Shown: positions 12,150 through 22,412 of the stretch, in pieces | Position numbering within the stretch: position 1 is the first letter of the stretch | Layout of the letters: every line of letters starts with the position of its first letter | Assembly (NCBI GenBank): GCA_002189035.1 | Contig: CM007989.1 | Location: forward strand, 2,294,001-2,358,000 | DNA: 64,000 nucleotides | Direction: 5' to 3' | Origin: Utricularia gibba | Taxonomy: Eukaryota; Plantae; Magnoliophyta | The notes under the pieces: generated by a model | The model's database searches: none | What the model was told of the DNA's origin: nothing | What the model saw: only the letters and a program-made list of their open reading frames with translations | Position numbers and translations under genes: made by a program

Positions 12150-13749
12150 TCATGGTTGCAGGCCATTGTTGCACTTCACCTCTTTCTGCTGCGACGGAAC
12201 TTCATCACTGCTCTTGCTCTCAGCCACTACCGGAAGTACTTCCGCTTCCGACTTCTGTTTGCTTTTGCCCCAGACCACGGAGTACAATCCGAAAACGATG
12301 ATCACGGCCCCGATTAAGCTGCAATGCGGTGCCATCCAATCATCAGAAATCACTAAGACAGCCACCTGAGCACTGTATCGTATGTGTGGTAATGTTACCT
12401 ACCTTCCGAGGTAGATCTGTTCAGCCAAAACTATGGCACCCAAGACGGCGGTGATGATCATGCTCAGCGGCTGAAAGCTGTTACGAAAACTGGTCCCCTG
12501 CTTCTGTTCACAACGCTTTGTAAGTAGTAAGCGATTCCTGAGCAGATTATACCCTGAAACAAGCCACAACACGGCGTTATTCTGCTTTTCTTGATGATGG
12601 AATTTGAGCATGGATGGACAAGGGTAACTAGACTAACGGAGTAGGTAGCTGCAAGAAGCCTAGTGTCGAAGCCGATGGCCCAAGCGCTCGGCCGTCGCTC
12701 CATTACAACCGCCACGGCGCCGCCCTCAAGGGTTCCCATCAAGCAAACTAGCGCCGTCAACGACAACTCCGCCGGGTAGTCCTTCAACGTGTTTTTCTGT
12801 TACAGGAATTGTAAGTTGAATCTTTATCATTCGTCCCTGCGTGGTTTCATGGAAGATAGGGGGGGCATTGAGTGATTACCTGAAGAATGAAGAAGCCTGC
12901 CCAGCCGCTAACTGTACCGAGCATCATGATTGTCCCGAGGACCCAGTGATGACTGGAGGCTTCTCCGCCGGGCCCGTGGGAGATGGAGTGGCTGTTAGGG
13001 AAAATGTCGAACGAGGGTCCTTTGAAGAGCGTCATCACCATTGCTCCACCTAGAGTTACAACAGTTCCGATCACCATTGCCAAACTGTGAGCCTTTTTCA
13101 AGTTCACCCTCTCCATCCTGAACAAAGGACACCAGGGTCAGATCTCCCTCCTCCCGATTCAGGCAAGTTTCAGAGTAAAAACGCAGTGATATCACCTGAA
13201 GATTAAGGCCAAGATAAAGGTTATGGCTGGCAAGACATTCATCATGGCCGCTGCGAATGCTGCAGATGTATACTGCAGCGCAACACCGTAAAGGTTCTGG
13301 TCGATCACAGGCCTGAATCAAACAAGCAGTCACAAACATCACAAAGTGCGAAAGATATGCATCAACATGTGTTTATGCAGCAGCAAGATTACTCTAATAA
13401 TGCAAGCCCCATGATCTTCAAAAAAGTCATCTTCGTCATCTTCGGCCTCACCTTCCTGAACAGAAGATCGTAAGGTTATACATACGCTAACAACCAAGAT
13501 AAGTGCAGTCCAGATGAACTTCTACAAGGAGCAAGCAACTGGGAACCGATTTTATCACCTTTCAAGGAAGAAGGCGAATGGGGCGAAGAGCACAGTGGCG
13601 ACGGCGTGGCGGTAGACGACGAATACCCAGTGACTGAATCCTTTTTTGAAGGAAAGGAGGACGATGACATGCATCCCCGAGTAGCCCAATTGCAGAGAGA
13701 TCATCGCTATGTAAGTCTTGGCGCTCTGCCATATGCTTTGGCTCCCCAT
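12150..13749 (-). CDS. WAT1-related / UMAMIT (MtN21, EamA) transporter, 7 exons, apparent 1-bp frameshift in exon 6
   Basis: FVVYRHAVATVLFAPFAFFLER, PVIDQNLY, YPAELSLTALVCLMG, RGPVFVTAF, LIGAVIIVFGLYSVVWGK. TTCAGCCGCTGA near 12470 needs one more C to read FSPLSMII. Confidence 0.9.
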
Positions 13750-13967
13750 TCTGCTCACCACCTAGCGACTTGCTCTGCAAATGCGATCGCGGTTGATGCC
13801 TTTTATATAGGCGTGTGAGCTGCTTGTCACTGTCCTCCATGTAAATACTCTTTCAACTTCTACTTCTAATGTGGGATAACTTTCATTACACAGAGTTGAA
13901 CTTGGTGTTCCCTACTCTGCAAAAAAAACAAAAAAAAAAGAAGGAAAACCATATCCAAAAGCACCAA

Positions 13968-14437
13968 GGGCTTGTTTGGTAGTATATTAGAAGTTGGTTT
14001 ACCTTAAATAACATGTTCTAATCATGATAAACAATGATATTTAGTATTAGAAATTAGATATTCAAATAATTTATTTTATTTTAAACTATCTTAATAGTAA
14101 AACACAAAAGAATCATTTGAACAGAATATAAAAGATTTATAGTCAAATTTACATATAAATTCTATTTAATAATTATTATATGTATATTAGTATTGTATGA
14201 CTATAACATTCATATACTCATTTTTTAAACATATAGATAATAAAATACTATGGAGTACAATGATGATAAAAGACAATAGTATTCTTATTATTTAAAAAAA
14301 TATAATTATTTATTATGTAATTATACAATTTTCTATCAAATGTTATCTAGAAAACATACTTTTTAATTTATTTTTTATAAATTAATACAAACCTTATTTA
14401 ATATGGAATAAATTAAAACATCCTACCAAACTAATCC
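13968..14437. mobile_element. Possible Tourist (PIF/Harbinger)-like MITE
   Basis: AT-rich 470 bp bounded by degenerate TIRs GGGCTTGTTTGGTAG and CTACCAAACTAATCC (12/15 matches); flanks CAA and TAA; no ORF. Confidence 0.4.
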
Positions 14438-16684
14438 TAAAATAATTATTTATCAAATAAAAATATCTAGAAAACATACTCATAATTTTCAAATTATTCA
14501 TTTTTATATAAATTAATTTAGTTTTTATTTAACACCCAACAAATAGTCCTAAAATAAGAAGCCCTTTGCACTTTAGTGTCCAACCATAAAAGCCTGTCCA
14601 AGACAGTCATCTTATGTTGCTGTAGTAAAGTGAGAAGACAGAAGGGCGATGCACATGACCGGTATTTCATCCTTGTTCACTAGGAACATGGACGATCTTC
14701 GAAGCTTTTACCCTTTACACTGATCTCTTATCCTTTTAACCTAAAGTAGAACAACATTATTGCCCTCCTCCTGCTGACATGAATGAAGTCGATTATTAAA
14801 GAAGCTGAATAGATTTCCATCTGAAGCTGGGGTGTGAGTGTTGTCTCATCTCATCATCCTGTTGCCATTTGGATTGTGGCCCATTATCATCTTTAGGTCA
14901 CCCATTGCCTTTAGGGTTTGGTGCTTCCTGACATTGCCTACTTTTTCCCCCTTTCTTCCTCCTCTAAAACATGCTTGCTTACACCAGCCTTCGTTCCATA
15001 ACATGGGATTAAGAAATCAGATTAAACCCTAACTCGGCATCTTCCAACTAAAAAGGCGAGCAGATCAGATAAACACGTTTTTTCTTTTTCTCATCTTCAG
15101 AGTAACATGGTTGGAGATACGATTGTCTGTGTGTAAGAAACCATGCATATGATCCCTGTCATGTCCCACAGCAGATGCAAAAAAGGCAAAAGGGCAGTGA
15201 TTATTCTACAAACAAGTTTTCTGGATTACTATTGAAACATTTCTGGATGACTATTGAAATCAAACATGATTTCTCCTTGCTGTTCCTGCTTTAGTGCTGC
15301 GTGGCTAAAAGGACCTCGTCTTTGCACAGTCTTTCTTTTAAATAAAGCAATGGACGCTTTGGGGTACCGTATATCAGCCAAATACATCTACTGCAACGTG
15401 CATGAAGTGCGTGCAAAGAAGACGACATGTCCCTTTGCTGGTTTGTTTTTTCCTGCCACAGTCGTCTGGAATTGGACGATGGAAAATCCAAAACGGAGCT
15501 CCTTTCGACGACAAAACGCAATATTGAACATGTTTATTTTCGAGGCGCCGAGCTGCCGACGCAAAGTAGTCAAAAGTGTGCAAAAGAGGGGGGCAAGCGA
15601 AGGAGGACAGTCCCAACGTATCGTGGCTTAACTCAACCCTAGCCCCATGTTCACTTTGCTTTCATAAAGAGTGGGCGGCATTGAAGAGAGGATGAGGAAC
15701 ACAATAATAAACATCCGATCTCTCAAACCCCCTATTTTCATATTGAAATTCGAATTGAGTAAGTATAAGTGAAATTCAATTATACAATAAATATAAATTA
15801 TATTAAAAAAGATAAAGTACAATCAATTACCAATAATATATAATTTCTTATACATTTAATTATTTTAATTTCAAATCCTAATATGAGATTATTTATTTTA
15901 ATAGTATCATGATCGAGTTTCCGGCAAATTGGGATAGAAGAGTTTTTCACTGAAGGAAGACAAGGCAAATGAAACAGTGTTCAGCCAGCCCCAAAACAAG
16001 CTATTCTATAGAGGATATTGCAGCTAGTGAAGAATGAAACACCATAGCACGCACACATGCTGATGATGATATAACGAGTCATGGAGCCAGGTCCATTATG
16101 ATTATGATTATTTCCATGTATCTTCTTAATATTCTTGATTATAATAATCAAAGAATATTCCAAAGCATGTGAAACTCGGCCCAGGTCCATTATGGTTAGG
16201 CTCTTTGTCTTTGTTTGAGCAAGTATTGGAAGAGAGTTGTCCAAATGCTACAAAAAAAACAGTATTTGAAAAATTCCGAGAATATTTCATGGCAATGAGT
16301 GGATTAAACTCGAATCATCTAACTAGAATTAGAATCGCATTGGATTGTTGATTCCGGTTGGATTCAAGAGGAAGTAAACGTTTTGGTTCAATTCATTAAA
16401 ATTCAGAATCACGAACCTAAACCAACAAATTTGATTTCAGTTTGGATTTGATTTTTTCAAAAAAAAAGTGATTCTTGGTTCGAATATTTCTTATGTTGAG
16501 TTCACAACTGCTGCAAAATTTAGAATGCTGGTTCTGGAACCTTTGCAATAAGGGGAAAAGTTGTCAAAGATTCCAAAGAAGCAATCTTTTCTGGTTAAGA
16601 TGAAATGGGATTGAGTACAGCTATTCAATGGGTTCCTAGATAGCTCTAGCTGTTTTATTGATCCTGCAAAAAGTTGCAGAAGCT

Positions 16685-17591
16685 CTAAATCAGCTTCTTC
16701 TTTCTGAAATATCGTTTCAGATAACATAACTGCAGCAGTGAACCCGCAATGCAGATGCCAAAAGAAGCGAAGCTGCACCACGCCACTACAGCATTTGCAG
16801 ACTCACTCGCCATCCTCATTTCCCATTCTCTGCAGGAAGATTCAAAGTAGTGCCTCCATGGGATTCATGAAGTTGTGAAATCAAGCAAAGTATTGTTTGA
16901 AGCTCACCTATTCACCATGTTGATCACGTTTGTGTGGACGGCATAAACCCTAGCTTCGAGTTTTTGCAGCTCAAGTTCCAGACCCTGCATAGTGATTGCT
17001 AATAAGAATCATGAACCTCCATCAGAGCACAGGGGAGTAGTGTTAAAAAAAGGGGGAACCTCGATCTTCTCCTTCTTCGCAACGGAATCCCAATCCTCAG
17101 CCGCAACCCCGTATCGCCATTCGATTCCCACAGTCACATTTTTGTCGGGGAGGGATTCGCTACCCACCCTGAAGCATGCCATGTAGTTTCCGGCCTCCGT
17201 TGTAGTGAAGGAGAACTGGCCATACGTCGCGTTCTCTTGGTGATGGAGTTTCTTCCCATACGGCGACGAAACCTGAAACCGAACAAAGTGAAAAGTAAAA
17301 TGTATGGTCGGATTCACTACTTAATCAGGATCCGGAACACTGATTACAGAGTACCGACGCTTGAAAAATAGCGTAAATATGACGAACCTCAACGGAAATG
17401 GGTGGGAAGCCAGTTGCATTGAAATCGGAAACGCCGCTGTAGAAAGAATAGTAATCTGCCATTACCACCACCTTGCTCTGCAATGACTCCGTCAGGCACT
17501 TCTCCCCAGAGCGCGGAAGTTCCACCCATAATCCACGCGATGCCGGCACGATTATCGCCACCGCCGCAATCAGAATCCACACCACCGTCAT
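16685..17591 (-). CDS. Transmembrane emp24/GOLD domain protein, p24delta subfamily, 4 exons
   Basis: Signal peptide, KCLTE...VVVMADY, VSSPYGK...GQFSFTTTEAGNYMACF, WRYGVAAEDWDSVAKKEKIE, coiled coil, TM helix and dilysine tail YFRKKKLI*. Confidence 0.93.
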
Positions 17592-18001
17592 CGCTGTTCC
17601 GTCCTGAATCGATAGACAGCGGCGCCATAGACATTTGTATGGCTTGTGACGCGCTGCTGGAAAAGAAAAAACGACACGTCGAGGGTTTTCCTCCAGCCAA
17701 TGGCATTCAAGAACTCTGCTGACGTGGATGTCAACACACTGCACTGTTCCAACTTTAATTCGAAAATTATTTTTTAAAAAATAGAAATCAATTATCACAC
17801 ACTTCCAAATTTTTATTTTTTTATGAGAGAATAAGTTACTTTCAACATAAAAAAGAAAATTACTTGACTTCTCATATAATGCAATTTATTCTCGAATAAG
17901 ATGTTCAATATTTTATATAATAAATGAGAAATATATTTTTATTTTATGTTACAATATTTATTTGATAACTAACATAAACCGCCATAATTTTATATATTGA
18001 A

Positions 18002-18186
18002 CACGTGCCGTTGCCGAGCACACCTGCCGGCGTCACTCACTCACCATGCGTGATTTTCTCTTTTAAGAAACGTTTCTAGTAGTGCACGTGCGTTTAGGCG
18101 CATGCTGGTTGACTACGTAACTCCATGCTCTCGTGCATGTTGACGTCATCCTGTCTACGTAACACAGTCATGTCGTGTAACACGTG
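18002..18186. promoter_or_regulatory. Dense ACGT-core cluster in the divergent p24delta / ACA-like intergenic region
   Basis: CACGTG at 18002, 18085 and 18181; TACGTA at 18114 and 18156; TGACGTCA at 18141. Confidence 0.55.
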
Positions 18187-18479
18187 ACCCTATGGGAAAA
18201 AGAAGAAGATACCCAGAGCAGCTGTTGAGCTGTTTAAAGGAATTCAACGTTGTGTTGAAATCTCATCCAACTTTGCATGGAGCAGTTGGTGGAGGTGCAA
18301 CTCGCAAGAATCTTCCGAGAAGCTTCGCGGGAGTCAAATGGCTGATTTTTTTACGCGAAACAATCAATTCAGGTGAGGCTCCGGTTGCAGCACATCGTTT
18401 GTTGTTGATAGTTATACTTTGAGTTTTCCTTCAACTTTGTTGTTGTTGTTGCGATAAACCAGTGTATTCCATCTGAAAA

Positions 18480-21400
18480 ATGGGGCCATACGTTCCTCAA
18501 CAGTTCGCCGGTGATGGCAGGAAAAAGCAGCAGTTAGAAATTGTAAGAGTCAAAAGGAACCCTTTCGAGAAGATGCGTAGATGGAAGGTGAGTGAAGGTC
18601 GCGGAAAAATTAGGGTTGTGATTTCCTCCAAAATTGAATTTCTCTCTCTCTGTGTTTTTTTTTTTTTTTTTTTTTTTTGTTCTCAGCAAGCTACTATGGT
18701 GTTGAGTGCCTTTCGGTTATTTGGGTCCAAATCAGGATCCAAGATTCAAAAGCAGGGGAAGCATTTGAGGGCCAAGATGAAAGCAAATGCTCATGCTGTT
18801 AGGGTTGCTGAAAGTTTGAAGTTGAAAATTTTTTATTCTTGTCTGTGTTGATAATGAGTCATGATTTTTTTTTTTATTGGAGGCAGGCTGCTGCGCATCT
18901 CCAAGCTTCTACAAACGGTATGAAGTTTAATTTTCCTTGCCTCTATATAAAAACTATCTGCTTGATTCGATATATTTATGAACAGATGATAATGGACTAC
19001 GGAAGGAACAGGACGAAGGGAGTAAAAGATATGTTGTTTGTACAGAAAAGAAGTCTACAACACCTGTGGGAGAATTCCTACAGAAAGATGGTGTGGATTC
19101 AGGAAAAGGTTTAGTGGTTTTCTTGTTTGGTTTAGGAATGCAAGAAACTTGAAGTTGATATACTGATTTTTAGATTCTAAAGGAAGCTTACATGTAGGTA
19201 GTAAAAGATATAGTGTTTGTACAGAAAAGAAGTCTTCGACAACAATGGCACAACTCCTACAGGAAGATAATTTGCATTTGAAAAAACGTCGGTTAGATGA
19301 ATCTGAGGTTTTCTTGTATTGTTTACGAAACTTGGAATTTTGATGTCTATATTTTTATCAAATGCAGAAGAATTGTGCCATGAAGGAAGCAAGAGATATA
19401 CTATTCGTACAGAAAAGTTAACAACATCCAGGAGTGAATTCCTACAGAAAGATGATTTGGGTTCGGGAAAAGGTTTGTTAAAAATCCATCCACGGTTTTC
19501 ATGTTTGGTTCTTAATCTTGTAAACTTGATGCTGGTAAAATCTTGATCAGATGCGAAAGGAATATGCCATGAAAGAAGCAACAGACATACTATATGTGCA
19601 GAAAATAAATCTGCAACAACTGAGAACGAACAGCTACAATATGATGGCTTGGACATGGGAAAAAGTTCCTTAGATCATTCCACGGTTTGCTTATTGAGTT
19701 TACGTGTCTCTGTTCTTTTTTCCTTCTAATTCATTGTGATTGACAGCAAGCATGACGCTAGTTCAGGGATACATGAAAAAGCTGGAGACTGTAACAAGAA
19801 TTGACAACTTTGGTATCAGCCTTAAGGATCTATCTGCCATGTCTAAGGAGCATGACATCTCTTTCTTAGAGCGAAATGGAGGGGCAAGTTTTCTGTCTAT
19901 TATGCATGTATCAACACTGAAATGTTTTTCCATTTGATGGATTTCCTTTTACGTTAGATTGGAGGAATTGCTGGGAAGCTAATAACGAATTTGAAAGAAG
20001 GTATATGTGGAGATGAGACTGATGTGAAACTTAGAAAAATGACTTTTGGATCAAATGAATATCCTAAGAAAAAGAGAAGCTTCTGGGTAAATTCATCTAC
20101 TCAAGAGATTATGTCGGTCCTGTTAGTGTAGGATTTTGCTCCACTTTCTTAACTTTTTCACCTGCTTATCTTCAGAGATTCATCCAGGATTCATGTACGG
20201 ACACCACCTTGGTTATCTTGATGTTTGCAGCTGTTGCTACTTCAGCCTTTGGAATAAAGACAGAGGTGAGGGATAGTACAATATTGGGTGAATAAAGGTC
20301 ATCTTCTGCTTAGATGAATAAAACAGGACTTTCGTATGTTATTAGGGAATAAACCGAGGTTGGTATGAAGGAGCAAGTATTGTTTTGGCTGTTCTTATAT
20401 TCATCATGTTTACAGGTATCTTTTGCATACTCATCATGTTTTGAGATAGCAACTATTTCGTTGTTGTAAAGGTTGGTTTTATTTCTTCTCAGCTGTCAAT
20501 AATTTCAAACAATTCATACTGATCCAGAAGATGGAAGAAGAAAAGGAGAAGATACAAGTGGAGGTCAGGGATATGCGCTGCCACTGTGCTTGCTTCTCTT
20601 CGTTTTCTTACTCACATGTTATGAATCACAGGTCCTTAGGGGCAATTCCCAAACAAAAGTTCACATAACAGAAATAGTTGCTGGGGACATTGTTAACTTG
20701 AGAACTGGTGATGAGGTGAAACCAAGTGTAACCAGTTTTCTTGTAGGCTCTTTCTCATCTTGTTAGTATATGATCTGTATTTATCTTCCCTTCAAAACAA
20801 AAAAACAGGTACCTGCAGACGGACTTGTCATCACCAGTCATTCCCTGTCAGTCGACGAGTCAAGAATGACAGGGGACAGTAAAATTGTGAGTAAATGCGA
20901 CAGTATACATTTTTTAGTTGTACACATTTTGTCTTAACGAAACGGGTTTTGTTTTTCTCTACAGATTCACAAGGATGCTGCAAGAGAGCCCTTTCTTATG
21001 GCAGGATCTAAAGTTGTTGATGGCAGGGGAAGAATGATGGTAAGAATCTTATATTCATGAAAGCCATCCTAAAATCATAAAAAATTGTGGGATTATTTAT
21101 TCTTGCACAGGTTACAAGTGTAGGAACCAATACTGAGTGGGGACTACTCAAGGCAAGCAGCATAAACGATCATCAAGAAACTCCTCTGCAGGTTACACAC
21201 TGCTGTTGGCAATTTTTAACATGCCCTCCCACCATCTTCTGATCATGAAACTGCTGCATCTTTGTCATGATTTCAGGTGCGGCTGGACGACGCAGGCACA
21301 TTCATCGGCATAGTTGCTGTTGTAGTATCTGCAGTGTTTCTCACTGTTCTTGTCATCGGGTACAAATACAACAAACACAGTTAGTTCTCTGGTTATTCCC

Positions 21401-21985
21401 TTCCTATTCTTTGACAACTCAATCACTATTTGTATGTGTAGGCTTTTTAGTTGGCGCAGTAGAAACCCCTATGGTAGTCTAGAGTTCATGACCTCAAGGA
21501 TCAAGTTGGTCAATGCAACAAACACCTTCATCAAGATTTTTACTGTGGCAGTAAATTCTCACACATTTCATTTGTGAATCAAAACCACATAACTGTTTAC
21601 AGCATATTACACTTTTTTTTTTTACCTGTTTCCTTCAGGTCACCATATTTGTGAAAGAAGCCCGTGAAGGCCTCCTCTTGGGCATCATTTTAGTGTAAGT
21701 TGAATGTCTAATATTAAAGTTGTTTATAAAACCCTTTTCAAAATGAATAACTAATAGTATATGCTTTCCATGCAGGTTTGCCTACTTGATGAAGGAATTA
21801 TATGCCAAAAAGGTCAATCCCATCATTGCATATATTTTATTTCTATTATTATTATTTATTTAAAAAACAAAACATGACTTGCCGTTTGCCTTCTACGCCA
21901 GGTACAAGCCAAGGGGCTATCCACAAGCCTGGAGATGGATGAGGTGAAAGAGCGAAAGAGGCGCAAACTTTTTCTTTGCATTTAG
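18480..21985 (+). CDS. Truncated, diverged ACA8/9/10-type (P2B) Ca2+-ATPase-derived protein, 21 exons, 631 aa, lacking P/N domains and M5-M10
   Basis: Exons 18480-18587, 18687-18803, 18887-18917, 18986-19108, 19174-19287, 19368-19472, 19551-19664, 19747-19883, 19958-20086, 20176-20265, 20346-20415, 20493-20563, 20632-20715, 20809-20886, 20965-21039, 21111-21191, 21277-21359, 21442-21550, 21639-21694, 21776-21812 and 21902-21985 sum to 1896 nt with matching phases and no internal stop. Motifs: RRWKQA..VL, FGSNEYP, WYEGASI, VPADG, DESRMTGDS, VGTNTEWG, ETPLQVRL. Confidence 0.85.
18986..19746 (+). repeat. Four tandem exon+intron units (period about 185-195 bp) inside the ACA-derived gene
   Basis: Exons of 123, 114, 105 and 114 nt, all phase 1-1, consensus GSKRYxxCTEKKSxT...LQxDxLxxGK; the introns share GGTTTTC, AAACTTG and CCACGGTTT. 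Confidence 0.9.
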
Positions 21986-22412
21986 GAGGTGTTCTGATAA
22001 TATTGATTATTAAATGTCACAATTTTGAGATACAGACGCAGAATCACATATTATACCTTCTTTTCTTTTCTGTTGAAAGTAAGATATGATCGAACCGTGT
22101 ATATATAGACTGTGAGCTCATTACAGAACAGCACAGCTGTGTTCTTTTCAGGGATTCCTGCTCTGCATTGTCTAGTTTGTGTGATCTTGCTCAACTCTGA
22201 TTCCTCAACGCTTGGTGGAAACCTCGTCTGAAGTGAAGTGCTAGCTAGCTTTATTGTGATGAGTCCATAAAAATACAAGCACAAGATGAAGAAAGAAAGC
22301 CTACTGCCTGACTGAACTCCCATGCTTCATCTCTGGTTGGTTGAGAGGAAGAATGGAATTTCACAGGTGACGCGAGACTGGCGTTTACAAAAGCATGCAA
22401 CTGGGTGCCTCT

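Noticed and set aside
15254-15642. Overlapping 60-125 aa ORFs between UMAMIT and p24delta
   Set aside because: No recognisable domain or splice structure; probably regulatory DNA.
18655-18678. T24 run
   Set aside because: Ordinary polypyrimidine tract of intron 1 of the ACA-derived gene, not a retroposon tail.
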